A stretch of 64,000 nt of DNA from Octopus sinensis (taxonomy: Eukaryota), in contig NC_043012.1 in the NCBI RefSeq assembly GCF_006345805.1, positions 43,400,001 to 43,464,000 of the forward strand, read 5' to 3'. Position 1 is the first letter of the stretch. Each line of letters opens with the position of its first letter. The position numbers were made by a program, and so were the translations under genes. The notes beneath the pieces were generated by a model. That model did no database searches and was not told where the DNA came from. It saw only the letters and a list, made by a program, of their open reading frames with translations. Shown piece after piece: positions 23,960 through 38,559 of the stretch.

Positions 23960-24170
23960 TATATTATACGTGTGTCTGTATCTATGTTTGTCCTCCCACC
24001 ATCGCTTGAGTTGGTGTTTTTATGCCCCGTAAGCTAGCGGTTCGGCAAAAGAGAACGATAGAATAAGTTTGAAAGAATAAATTCTGTGGTCGATTTCTTA
24101 AACTAAAGGCGGTGCTCCAGCATCGTCGCAGTCAAATGACTGAAAGAAGTAAAAGAATAAAAGTATAAAA
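23960..24170 (+). mobile_element. SINE 3' module
   Basis: GCGGTTCGGCAAAAGAGAACGATAGAATAAG..GGCGGTGCTCCAGC..(AAAAGAAT)n as in 48870-49072. Confidence 0.75.
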
Positions 24171-24198
24171 AGGAATACATACATACACACACAAACAT

Positions 24199-24254
<56 letters not shown>

Positions 24255-24664
24255 CTTTTATATATATATGCACCCCAGATTAGAGGTGCTAGGGGTTAGT
24301 TGCGATGGAACCACGTTGATTCTGAGTCTTGCATCTAATGGGAATCTGCATTCCCTTTCGTTCTTTTAATAGTAAACATTATACTTGCCTTAACATTATT
24401 TACATACACACATAACTGCACAGGTATCACTGTACATATATTTATACATACATAAACAATATGCATTTATATATTCATATGTATATGTGTGTATATATAT
24501 ATATAAATGTTTGTATATACTGTATGTACATATATATGTTTATACATATATATATGCACACTCATTTATAAATTTAGATATATTTACACATGTATATACT
24601 AGCACAAGTATATGCATTTACATACGAATATTCATATGCATAAACAAATATGTACACGCATATA

Positions 24665-24703
<39 letters not shown>

Positions 24704-24770
24704 TATACATACATACATACATACATACATACATACATACATACATACATACATACATACATACATACAT

Positions 24771-25895
24771 ACCCAGATTGCAAATTCATGTTTATACCTG
24801 TGATCATTGGGGCACTGAGATATGTAACACACCGCCTAAATGCAAATACAAATAAAATTAGGCTTCTCAAAACCAGAAGAGAGAAAGCTGATTCGAAGTC
24901 TACGGATCCAAACTATTACTGCAACTGTAAAGATCTGTAAAACTTTCCAGAAGTTTAGCATTTAAATATATATGAGCATATGAGATATGCAACTATATGC
25001 ATGAGAATACATACATACAAAAATACCCTGTTGATGTTGTTGAAATTCCACTAAAGCAGCCTTGGATCTGGGTTACAAACCGGCTCTTTCTCTGTTGGCA
25101 AGAAATCTTGAAATAGAACTAAATAATGACATACATTACCGGATCACTAATTCTCACTTCATCATAAACAGTTGTCCGAAAATGTTATCGCTTTATCATC
25201 TACCGATGAGACATGATGTTGTAGCTAAGACACTGTATAATGAGATCCACGGAAAGATAGCCCCGAGACCAAATAGATAAAACACTTAGTATGGTAGAGG
25301 CCCAAACCATTCATAACAAAAAAGAGTTCTGGCGGAATGCCCATGTGGAAACCGTAGTAAAATGAAAAAATAATAGATCAGACATAGTGATTTGAGAATG
25401 GGAAAATAATCTACGTACAATAGTGGAAGTCAGTTGCCCAGTTGATGCCAACATAAAGCTAAAGATCAGCGAAGCAGAAAATACCTACGCTGAACAATTG
25501 AAAAATTTACAGTTATTCTACTCTGATTACAAGTTCAGATTTATACTCACAACAATTGAAGCACTGTGATATGTAACAAACTGCCATGGCACCAATCTTG
25601 GGTCATTAGGGTTCTCAAATCGAGAAAGAGCAAACTTAATTAGAAGATTATAGTAAAAGCCGTCAAAGGAACTGTCACAATATGTAAAACTTTCTAAAAG
25701 TCTAGTGTTTAGGTATATATGCACATATCTAGACATGCGACTATATTCATATCTAAAACAAAGCATAGAAATCTGTACATGCACTGACTCCTAATATTGC
25801 ACAAATAACTTAAAATTTCAATGCTGGAACCTTAGATCTAGGTTTGAAACCGGCTCATTTTCCGTTGGCATGAAATCTATAAATTAAACTAAATA
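24771..25895 (+). mobile_element. Two head-to-tail 3' fragments of a second RLE-type LINE family
   Basis: Both encode ..FIPVIIGALRYVT..TVKICKTF and share the 3' UTR ..GGATCT(A/G)GGTT..AAACCGGCTC..AACTAAATAA; units 24771-25135 and 25136-25895. Confidence 0.75.
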
Positions 25896-25904
25896 ACACA
25901 CATG

Positions 25905-25962
<58 letters not shown>

Positions 25963-26726
25963 AACAAACATATATAGAGAGATGTATACAAATACATATA
26001 TATGCACACATGTACATACACATACACACTCTCTCTCTCTCTAACACACACAGACACGCAAACACAAGCACAACAGCGCACGCACAAAAAGATTCTGTTA
26101 AATTCTCGAGGAATTACCCAATGAACGTTATGTTATATGACAAAAGCTTAATTCGTAACTGTTTTATTTACTTGCTGAATAATCTATGCTTATCACTTGG
26201 GAAGGAAATTGGGTGTCTCCCCTGAGACGAATGGCTCACATATTTGCATATCAATGACTTGTATCTGGATTGCAGAGGATAACCATGAGAGGCTCCTTTC
26301 TAACTCTGGACCAGAGAGCAAATTCCGCCTGTCTCGCTCTAATGAGAAGTACTGAACACCATTCATACCACTATGGAATGAGTATCTGGGTTGTTTGGTC
26401 CACGTTTTTTTCTCCCCTACTTAATACATGCAGATACCAGACCAAAAGTAGCAGATACATTACAGCTCTGAACACTTCAGCAGCTATTTTGCTCTACTAT
26501 TCGCTGCTGAAGATGCCTTCTTTGTTCTTTCTCTCAAAGCCTCTGCAGTGACCACGATGAAGCAAGCATTCTGTGCTTCTCTATATTTCCTCAATCGCTA
26601 CTTTGTTAACCTTCTCAAGTCCGATGCCAGCCATGTGAAATATCTTGTACCTACATACATGCCAACAACCTTTCACCCCTGCACCAATCAACGTCCATAG
26701 CTATTAGCACATACGCGCACACACAC

Positions 26727-26757
<31 letters not shown>

Positions 26758-27835
26758 GACAGACAGACACACACACACACACACACACACACGCACGCAC
26801 ACACACGCACATATACAAACATGCAATTTTTCGTTTTTCTGTTAAGTGTTGAGTTGTTGGCGTCATTTAAGTTTGGGAGAGAATGTCTTCTGGTGTATGT
26901 CACACCTCTGAGCTCAATCTCTTGAGGGGACAATAAATAAACAACAAGTACCAGAGATATACTGAGTTCTAACTTCAAATTAGACCTATCACTTGCATTC
27001 CTCGGAGTAAGAAGAGAAGACTTTCGAACCTGAGTAACAGGACTTTGGGACAGCGATACTCCCTTTCAGTGTCAGACGGACAATCAATATGTATGAATAC
27101 GGAGCATGCGCTGATGCAGAATAAAAACTAATGGAACTGAGCCATTTCCAGCAGTTCTGTCTTTAATCGACTGTAAAGAAGAACGGCTGACATGAGATTA
27201 GGCTTAATATCTAACAACTTTGTCCAAGAACTCAACTGTTGTGCTTATTTTACCTAACCTCCACCTCGAAAGCATGAAGAAAGAAGTTCACAAGAGTAAC
27301 TTAAAACTAAACATATAGTGATGTGCTCAAATATTGTCTGGTGTACTATCTCATACAGCATGTATGTATGTATGTATGTATGTATGTATGTATGTATGTA
27401 TGTATGTATGTATGTATGTATGTATGTATGTATGCATGCATGCATGTATGTATGTATGTATGTATGTATGTATGTATGTATATATATATATGTGTATGTA
27501 TGTATGTATGCATGTATGTATGTATGTATGTATCTTCTATTTTCCATATTATTATAAATATTCCACTGAGGAAGGATCCGGTTTCCAACAAAGATAGAAG
27601 GCTCCATCTTTGGGATGTAGTTAACACAGACAAATTCACATTTGGAACTTGAGAAAAGTCTTGCATATTTTTACTGTTCCACTCACAGATTGGACTTGTA
27701 ATGTATGCATGTATGTATGTATGTATGTATGTATGTATGTATGTATGTATGTATGTATGTATGTATGTATGGATGGATGGATGTTTGTATGTTTGTTTGT
27801 CTGCATGTATATGCGTGTATTTATATATGTATGTA

Positions 27836-29028
27836 CAGGGTGGGGCACAGAGGACGGATGTTTTTGAAAAATTCACAAAATCATCAATTTTAGCCGCAAA
27901 CAAATTTTATTGGCATCAATGTGTTCGTACTGAATAAGTTATTTGTGAAAATCAAGTGTGAGAAGCAACATCCACCATATGGTGTCCATTTTCATTGATG
28001 CATTTCTGAAGGCGTTCTTGGAAGTTGGCCTCAACTCTCTCCAGCATTGCTCTGTCGATCTGGGGTATTTCCATGCGAATAGCTTCCTTCAAATCGTCCA
28101 GTGTACGCGCATATACACGTGCCCTGAAACTTCCCCACAAGAAATAATCACACATGGATAAATCAGGGGACCGAGGGAGCCAAGGAATGTCAGCAAACCT
28201 GGAAGCGAAGCGGGCACTGAAGAGAGGGCGAAGAACGTCCATCGATGCTCTGACACACGTCGAATGGGCATACGTTTGCGTCGTAATTCAGGCACAAAGA
28301 AGTTGTTTATCATCTTAATGTAACGCTCAGAGTTCACAGTAACAGTATTTCCATTACTGTCTTCAAAAATGTAAGGAGCAATGACGGCAGTTTTTCTAAC
28401 AGCACACCAGGCCGTCACTTTTGGCCTGTACAGTAGTCTTTCGTCCAAGAACCCAATATCGACAGTTCTGTTGATTCACTATGCCATTCAGATGAAAATG
28501 AGCTTCATCACTCATAAACAAGATGAGTTTGTCATTTGCCTCAAAAATTGCTGCCAACTGACGTGCGAAGTTAAGCCGCTATGTATAGTCCCGTGGTTTC
28601 ATCTGTCGCTCAATGACCGATTTGTACGGGTGGAAATGCAGGTCTTCATGCAAAATACGCCTTACTGATCGCTTACCCATACCAAATTCAGTGGAATGCC
28701 CCCGTGCAGAGCGATTCGGACTCAAAGTTTGTCTGACGTGTTCCACATTTTCCGGGGTCCGTCCAGTTCGTGGTGCCCCCATCAATCTCCTATTCATTAG
28801 TGCACCTCGTGTACAAAGTGTATTCACCCAACGTAAGAATGTTGAAGTGGCGCCGAAACTCACGCTGAACTGTTGTGACAGGTTCGTTATTCTTCACATA
28901 ACTATCGTAGGCAAATACCGATGGTCTACCGTCCACAGCGCCATGGCTTGATCTGAATGGAAATAAAAATCCAAGGCACCACGGACACTGACGATTTCAA
29001 AAACGTCCGTCCTCTCTGCCCCACCCTG
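27836..29028 (-). mobile_element. Tc1/mariner-superfamily element, DD41D (rosa)-like, decayed
   Basis: ~33-bp TIR CAGGGTGGGGCA(C/G)AGAGGACGGA(T/C)GTTTTTGAAA with TA flanks; SDEAHFHLNG, TVNSERYI, WLPRSPDLSMCDYFLWG; second Asp region deleted so spacing not measurable. Confidence 0.88.
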
Positions 29029-29516
29029 TATGTATGTATGTATGTATGTATGTATGTATGTATGTATGTATGTGTGTGTGAGCATGTGTGTGTGTGTGCG
29101 CGTGAGTGCGTATATATGTATGCATTACACGGAAGAGAAAGACAAGAGTCTTGAAGCTATTCCCGTATTACCTAATGCTATGGTGACTTGAACGGATAAC
29201 GTAACCGATGTCAACTAAATGGTTTACTTGGAGCTGTACCTATTCTACTATTGGCGCTCTAAAGATGTGGGCAAGATTGTATGTGTGCACGCACACACAC
29301 ACACAGACTCACACACACATTTACATATATATTTACATATATACGATAGTAGTGAACAGTGAAGATTAGTACTCAACTCTTCATTCGGTGGGAAAATGAT
29401 AAACAACGCATTAACACAAACACACACAAATACATACGATTACATTTATACGCATACATGTGTGTGTATGTATACATTGATGCATATATTATATATATAT
29501 ACATATATATATATAT

Positions 29517-29550
<34 letters not shown>

Positions 29551-29827
29551 ATGCATTACAAATATGTAAAATTATGATAGTATACATATTTATGTATATG
29601 TATGTATATATGTATATATGCTTGTGTGTGTATGTATGCATATATATGTGTTGTATGTGTATACATATATATATATATATATATATATATTACACGTACA
29701 TTTACGCATACACTAAAATATACAAACTTGCATTAACATACATATAAACACACACACACACATCGTTTGTAAACAACATAAATCCGAAAGAAAAATCACG
29801 CTCTAAGATGTCGAGCAATACATATAC

Positions 29828-29890
<63 letters not shown>

Positions 29891-29939
29891 CTGTGTGTGT
29901 GTGTGTGTGTGTATCTCTATACATACACACTCACAAAAA

Positions 29940-30082
29940 CTGTCCGACGAACGGGAATGTGAAACTCAGAGTAACAGGTTTTGTTGAATTTTCTGCTGCT
30001 TTAAATAAAGCATATTACTCTACCACTGGTATTTGAGTACTCTTTTTTCCACCTTGTTTCACATTTATGTGTTTACTCCGGT
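29940..30082 (+). ncRNA. Candidate minimal type I hammerhead ribozyme in a PLE pseudo-LTR fragment
   Basis: CTGT-CCGACGA-ACG GGAA TGT-GAAAC TC A GA GTA-ACAG (29940-29977); 29968-30082 is revcomp of 53364-53478. Confidence 0.6.
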
Positions 30083-30086
30083 ATAT

Positions 30087-31045
<959 letters not shown>

Positions 31046-32059
31046 TTTCTAATCTCTCTCTCTCTCTCTCTCTCTGTATATATATATTCTTTAAATTCTT
31101 TAAATTGTTACAGCTTTAAAGCTGCGGTCATGCTAGGACACGTACACACACTCACACACACACACTCACACACACACTCACACACATACACAAATATACT
31201 TACTTACATATACATATAAATGTGTCCGTGGATGTTCCAACACAAAGAAACGCATAAACACTTAGATAGACAACAATGAAAGACCTACACACGCACAGAA
31301 ATTCACATATAAAAGAAAATGTACACACACACTCACTCAGGCACACATATATACATGAAACGTATGTGGGCCTAACTATTTAACATCTGTATTATTTTGA
31401 GTATGCTGTTGTCTAATATATTGGCTACGAGCTGAAAATGTTTATTCAGCAAAATTTAGTAAAATTTCAAGTATCACATTTCGTATACCTAAACAGCGAC
31501 GTGGGTACATTCACTAACACGCATACATATACGTGGTTATATAAAAACAACACAGTGCCTTCTCAGCTCTCATAAAGCACATCTATACATACAGTTATGG
31601 TACAATTTTGTATCACTTTACGTTAAATTTGTTGACAAATTATGCATATTTGTATATAAATGTATATACATGGACATACATAAGTTATCCACATACATAA
31701 CTTTGTACAGACCTACAAATACGCGTTTATTTACATGCACGCCTGTTTGTAAATATCTCATCACCACTGTGAGGCGCCGAGCAATATCAACTCACGAAAT
31801 GATAGGCACAAGTCATCAAAAATAATTATTGGGGTTAAGCTTCGAGATTGTAAGCTTCATGTTCTGAAGAGATCTAATATCCTGAAATGAAGTGAAATTA
31901 GGGATATACACATCTCACTGGGAACTTAGCCTTTAAAATTTAAACTATTTATTATGAATATTAATAAAAAAATTAAGATATGTATTAAGTAGCAGGTAAA
32001 CTTAAAGAGTAGCAGGTTGCATAATAATAATACTAATACAAACAACAACAACAACAATG

Positions 32060-32275
32060 ATAATGGTTTCCCGTTTTGGCACAGAGCTAGCCGAGGGACG
32101 AAGGAAGTCGGTTACATCGACCTTACTGCTTGACTGGTACTTATTTTATCGACCTCAAAGGCATGAAAGGCTAAGTCGACCTCGGTGAAATTTGAACTCA
32201 GAACGTAAAGACGGACGAAATGCTATTAACCCTTTTGCCCGGTGTGATAACGGTTAGGACAGCTCGCCGCCTTAA
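32060..32275 (-). mobile_element. tRNA-derived SINE (MetaSINE-like core)
   Basis: Revcomp TTAAGGCGGCGAGCTG..GAGTTCAAATTTCACCGAGGTCGAC..TAAAATAAGTACCAG. Confidence 0.75.
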
Positions 32276-32304
32276 CAACAATAACAACAACATAGAAAGA
32301 AGTA

Positions 32305-32450
32305 AAATTGATGGCAGAATTAGTAGAGCATTGGACAAACTGCTGGACATTATCAAGTTATGTCCCTTTACTTTGTGAGTTCAAATCCCGCTGGAGTAAA
32401 TTTCAGTATTCATCATTTCTGGTCGATAGAATATAATGCTAATTAAATAA
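32305..32450 (+). mobile_element. Degenerate SINE of the same family, opposite orientation
   Basis: GGCAGAATTAGTAGAGC..GAGTTCAAATCCCGCTGGAG..TTCATCATTTCTGGTCGATAG. Confidence 0.55.
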
Positions 32451-33515
32451 TACTTCATGATTTAATCGACAAGAGTACCTAGTCCTCGAGTTAGTCGCCT
32501 TGTTAGAAAGTATTTATGTTTTTAAGTGTTTAAATTTCTCTATGAGACATTTAGAAATTTAATATTTCTGAAATTTGTCAGCATCTGTACAAACATATTT
32601 TGTGTAAGTGATGCGTGTATACACAAAGTAAGAACTATTTGTGGGAAGCTCCACATACACATTGATTCTGTCGGCCCAAGTTTAAATATTTAAACATCTG
32701 AAAAAAGCTCTCACGTGTATAGGGTAGAGAGTGTTTTACGGGGAAGTTCGGATTGACAAGGGTGTCAACACTTCACTCTTATACTTGCTGATAAATTACA
32801 CTTTCAGTAGTCTTTTTTCTTTCCTTTTCACAGAAAACTTCATTTATACATTTGGGTTTATAAAGTAAAGTCTACAACAAAAGCAACAACAAACTAACTA
32901 AAACTACAATAAAAGTGGATCGACAATAGTTAAAATATTGCTTCCCTTTTGTTCACATTCAGAGGCCCTGGGAAATAGGCAGTTTTGTTATGTTATTTCA
33001 ATGGGTATTAGTGGCGAAAGTAAAATGCAACTGTTTTGCATTCGACTCACCAAAAACTTGCATCTTGTTTAATGATGCTCGTCGCAACAGAATATTTATT
33101 GATTTCTCACTTAAACAGAGGGAGATATTTACAATATAAATGAAGTGAGTTAACTTCAAACAGGAATCGAAACCCCACTTCAGATTCATCATCCCGCGGT
33201 TTGCATTCTCAGTTGGAGCTATTTTCCAAATACTACTTAGTGTGGTTTGAATTACTTCTTTCCGCTTTCGTAATTATCTCTATTTAAAATTGAGATGAAC
33301 AACTTATTTACATTTTTATGCTACTGAAAAACTAAAACCGTTAAAAATCTATGCCTCTTTCTATAAAAATGTCCCATTCATGCATATGCAAGGAACCTAT
33401 TTATAGCCCTTTTCGGATCGGATTATATATGGTAACGGAAAAGAAGTATACATACATAGCAAATAAATAACTATATAAAGAATAAAGGAATCGTAAATAA
33501 ATGTCTTATACTTAC

Positions 33516-33939
33516 TTCCAGGTGCTTTAAATATCAAATCCGCTTTAGTCTCCGTTGGTAGTTGTAGTAATAAGAATAATAATAAAAGACATGTATATAT
33601 CAACCAGAAGGCCGAGTATCCAGTACATCTTTGTTGAAAATAATGAATTGTAGTAGATTTGATGGCATCGTGCTTATAATGATTGTAATGACGAAGAGAG
33701 GTGGAACACCTATTTATGTTGTGATAACTACCAGTATCATTACAACAGTTATTTTTACCATCTGTGTTGCTTTTATAATTCTTGCCATTGTTGATAATTT
33801 TCTTACTCCAGCAGCTAATAAACGATGTCGTGTTGGACGACTGCATTGGCTCATTTGAGAGAGGAGCTGATTTAGTTTTTACAGCAGTTATTGTGATTGC
33901 TGTAGTTTTAATCTTATGTAGAGCTGTGTCCTTCCTCAT
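33516..33939 (-). CDS. Probable first coding exon of an unidentified secreted or membrane protein
   Basis: ATG at 33939, 141 open codons not resembling any TE protein, hydrophobic FWLIYTCLLLLFLLLQL then TETKA-DLIFKAPG, consensus donor A|GTAAGT at 33515 (phase 1). Confidence 0.62.
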
Positions 33940-34640
33940 TCTTAAACTGGGATAAAATCTTGTTTTATCCTCTGGCAGCACTGATAGTAGCAGTGACAGC
34001 AACAACAGAAGCAGTAGCGACAGTAGACGATTCGGTGTTTCTCCCTACTTTTTTATTTTTTTATTTTTTTATTTTATGACGGGATAAGCATGTGGCTGGC
34101 TCGTTTGTAGTTGGCTAGCCTATAAACTTCCGAACCTCTACGATATACACTATTATCATACGCCCAGTGAAGTCCTTTAGTATAATCGATCGCTTCGACT
34201 GTTTTCTTTCTTCTACATTCTAACATCAATATTTCATGAAACCTCGATGCATAGCATATGAAAAGATATTGTAGACATGCATAAAGACACATGAACCGGT
34301 GAATAGATGATAATATTCGTTGTAAATAAATAAGAACGAAGAGATAAGGTAAACGAAGAGATAAGGTAGAATTGAAAAAACAAAACGCAGAGAAGTGTGT
34401 GAGAGAAAGAGAGAGAAATAGAGAGAGGAGGGAAGAGAAAAGCAGGAATAAGCATGAGAAGGAAACAAAGTGAACGATTGAAGAAGGGAGGAATGAGAAT
34501 GCAAGTAACAAGATTGATGACGCTGCTTGCATTTAGAGGTGATGTCTGTGCATCAATGGTACCTGTATATTAGCATGTATAATACAATAAGTGTGCAGTT
34601 ATGTATAAGTTTGTGTGTGTATGTGTGTGTGTGTGTGTGT

Positions 34641-34679
<39 letters not shown>

Positions 34680-34934
34680 ATGTGTGTGTGTGCGCGTGTG
34701 GTTTTCTTTTTTTTTTAAGTTTGTTTTTTCATCTGAAAATCTCTGAAAAAAAGACACGCACACAGATTCATTGTTTTATGAACGCATATTCTTGACTCTG
34801 AGGAATCGTTGTCGTCATGACGAGGTTAGCCAAGCTTTTCTACTTTGGTCACTCGCTTTTACTTTAATCTCTTACACTCAGGTATTGTGTTCTGTGCTAA
34901 GTTTAAAAAATTTAGTGTCTTAATATAAACACTT

Positions 34935-35070
34935 TTGCTGCTGCTGCTGCTGCTGCTGCTACTACCACTACTACTACCACTACTACTACTACTACTACTG
35001 TTTGCTGTCATTTTTCTTGCTGCTGCTGCTACTATTTCTACTACTGCAGCTGCTGTCACTACAACTACTT
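34935..35070. repeat. (CTG)n/(CTA)n trinucleotide tract in the putative 5' region of the minus-strand gene
   Basis: Direct; position relative to the exon is inference. Confidence 0.8.
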
Positions 35071-36100
35071 TAGGGATTTTGTGAGCCTTGAAGCTCTTTA
35101 CTAGTTTAGAGGCTATTGTAGAGATGGGGTGAAAATTAATCCAAGAGTGACTAGTTAATGTGCTGCCTGTTAGTGATGAAACGATATTAACTAAAAGATT
35201 TAAGAGAGATATGTGGCAAGGAGGTGAACAATTACATTTATGTCTGTATATTAAATATACAGACGTAAACACCACTACATATGAAATTCAGTCGTAACAA
35301 CAATTACACTAGTTTATATACTTATTAGCGCAGAATTATACTGTTATATAAATCCAGTTGTGTATACACACACAAAGAATAATTCATACACCTTATACAC
35401 ACACAGAGAAACGATCGTACACACAAAGTCCATACAGTGACACACATACGCATAGGATATAAAGAAAAAAATAAAGATGAAACTTAACAGGAGTTTCTTT
35501 CCTAGCCCATTCCTTTTCCGGCCTTCGTTTTAGACGTATTTCTACTATCTGTCCGCTCTCATCATTCTTAATCCCTTCTCTCAAATGTACATACTTATAA
35601 TTACTCATCGTAATTGACAGAAATTCTCTCAACTCTTCCCTCTATCTGTAGCATGTACACATTGCGGAAAGCGAGAGGGAAATATTGCACATAGTTATTT
35701 CATGATAATATACTCAATTATCTCTATGTGTGGCTTCTCTTCTTTTTCAATCCCCCTTCTTCACTGCCTATTTATATGCATCACAAGCACGTATACACAC
35801 ACACACGCACACATAATGTACATAAGCACACACATACATACTTATATCCATGAACACATACATACATATATACATATATATAGTCGTCTAAGAGTTCATA
35901 AGTCAGGGAAAAGATTCACTCGTATATCTATCAATGTAGTGGGTATATTATCGAAATGCACAATATTATATATCCATCGCAGCTGGAAACTGATGAATAT
36001 ATATATGGAAATCGAAACCGATTGGTAATATCAGCCGTGAGGGATGTATAATACGGTACATTTCGGATCATATATATATATATATATATGCATGTGTGTG

Positions 36101-36168
<68 letters not shown>

Positions 36169-36828
36169 TATATATATACTTATATGTATATATATCTATA
36201 TATCTATGGAGAACGAGAGAAAAAGAGAGAGAGATTGACAGATAGATAGGTAAATAGATAGACACATATATAAACTAATGCGAGCGCATCTGCACATAAA
36301 CACACGTACACATAAACACACGTACACACACACTTGCGAGCGCGCGTGCATACTGCATACAAACACACATTCGCATTCATATACGTTTAATAAAGATAGA
36401 TTTAGATAAATATAGATTTCGGCCTGTATTGGTTCAGATCACGCCTCAATTAATATAGCGCCACCTCATAGTTATGTCATATTTGGGGAAAGAATAGCCA
36501 ACTTGAACAGGCAGGATAAATGTGCATGTGTAAATCTGTGTGTACATGTATGTTTATATTTGACAGATGACTATAAAATATTATGTGTATATGTGCGTGC
36601 GTACGTGTGTGTGAGTGTCTGTTCGTGTGTGTGTGTGCGTGTGTAGGCGTGCGTGTACGTCTGTGTGTGTACGTAAATATAAACATATATACATGTATAT
36701 ATATTTGTATATCAATGCATACATATGTACATATATGTACGTATATATAAAAGCATTGGTATGTACGTATATATAAAAGCATTGGTATGCAAATATGTAT
36801 ATGCATACATATATGTTTATGTTTGGAT

Positions 36829-36858
<30 letters not shown>

Positions 36859-36859
<1 letters not shown>

Positions 36860-38073
36860 TGGCTTGGCAACTAAGTTCCCACCGTTTTTTTTTTAAGTTT
36901 TGGAATCTATTTTTTCCGAGAATTCTATTTTTGAATCATTTTGGAATCTCTTTTTTTTTTTTTTTTGCTCTAGTTAATTTTAGTTTATTTTCAGATCATT
37001 AAAATGGAATGTCAAGTTAAGAAACGAGCACTTTCGACACCTCCTTCTTTTCGCTTTTAATCAAGGTTCTAAGGCCACAAAAGCTGCTCGCGACATTTGT
37101 GCTGTGTATGGGGAGGGTGCCATAGCTGAAAGAACCGCTCGTGATTGGTATGCCAAGTTCAAAAATGGAAATTTTGACCTCAAATCCACACCTCGTTCTA
37201 GCCGTCAAGTTGAGTTCAATGAAGAGCAATTAAACCAACATTTGCACGAAAATTCTCGTCAAACGACAAGGGAACTGGCAGAGAAAATGGAATGCTCCGA
37301 CACTGCTATAGAGAAACATCTTCACTCGATGGGAAAGGTTCAGAAGTATGGAGCATAAGTGCCGCATGCTTTAAATGACAACAGCAAAAATCAACGAGCC
37401 ACAATCTCCGCTGGTTTGCTTGCTCGTCACCGCTCAACTCATGGACAGAAGCAACGATTTCTTTACCGAATCATTACTTGCGACGAAAAATGATGCCTGT
37501 TCATCAATATGAAGCAGCGTAAGGAAACAAGCGATACCGCGCGTGAAACAAGATCTTCATCCTCGTAAAGCGATGTTGTGCGTATGGTGGGACTGGAACC
37601 AAACGGTCAACGCGGAACTCTATGTTCAACAGATGAAATGATTCAACACGGCTATTCAAAAGAAAAGACCAAATCGTCAGCATGAAGTTCTTCTACTGCG
37701 CGATAACGCAGCCCTCATATCTCCAAAATGACCAAGGAAGCCATTCAAATGCATGGCTGGGAATTGCTGCCACATCCGCCGTACTCTCCTGATTTGGCAC
37801 CAACGGATTTCCACCTCTTTCGATCTCTTTCCAATGATATGCGCAGAGTTTCGTTCAATACTGATGCAGAATTGAGAGCTTGGTTGGATCAATTTTTCGA
37901 GTCGAAATTGGGTGATTTCTACCAACGAGGGATTGGAAATCCTATTGAACGTTGGGAAGAAGTTGTAAACAACAAGGGTGAATACATTATTGATTAATTA
38001 GTTGTTATTTTTTATTAAACCTTTTGAAAAAATTAAGTTTAAAAAAACGGCGGGAACTTAGTTGCCAACCCAA
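36859..38073 (+). mobile_element. mariner transposon, mellifera-like TIR, full length, decayed
   Basis: TIRs TTGG(C/G)TTGGCAACTAAGTTCCC(A/G)CCGTTTTT with TA flanks; transposase from ATG 37004 to TAA 37997 with stops/frameshifts; HPPYSPDLAPTDFHLFRSL. Confidence 0.95.
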
Positions 38074-38559
38074 TACAATATGAAACAGAGAATCGAAGTT
38101 AATGGAGATCTGAGATACCAGGTGTTGCGCTGGGAAACGTCTTTCAGTTACGACCACTTAAATAAGGAAAAGAAGAAGAAAGAGAAGGAGGAGGAGAAGA
38201 AGGAAGAGGAAGGGGAGGAGGTTAGATGAAATGAGAGTCATACTAAACAATAATGTTAGAGTGTCAGAAAAATGTTAATAGTGGGGTGGCCGTCAATTAC
38301 CTGATTAGCTGGAAATGAGATAACACTAGTGTGCATGCATTTGTACTTTTCCACGAGTGTACTTTATTATTGAGCGAATGGTACGTCCACTGATAGACTG
38401 CATAGGAAATGGTTCGTTCTTTTTCTTAGTTGTTGCGTTCTCGTCAGTATTGCCTTTGTCCTTGGCTTACTGATGCCCCTGATACAAAATGGCTCGGCAA
38501 ACTTTGCAAATAGGTCTGCAAGTATCAGAAAAGAACCCTTATTTTTGGAAGAAACGTTG

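Noticed and set aside
25040-25095. HHR-like motif in the RLE-LINE 3' UTR (also ~25815-25855, ~1790-1850 minus, ~9700-9750 minus)
   Set aside because: GAAAC-CG/CA and a stem II-like hairpin are present but the CUGANGA strand and GUH triplet are not recoverable in these copies.
26230-26650. GC-richer block suggesting an exon or LINE fragment
   Set aside because: No frame gave a recognisable motif or consistent splice sites.
34859-35275. 138-aa Ser/Ala-rich ORF upstream of the host exon
   Set aside because: Driven by CAG/TAG-type trinucleotide repeats, no ATG start; more likely 5' UTR or promoter sequence.
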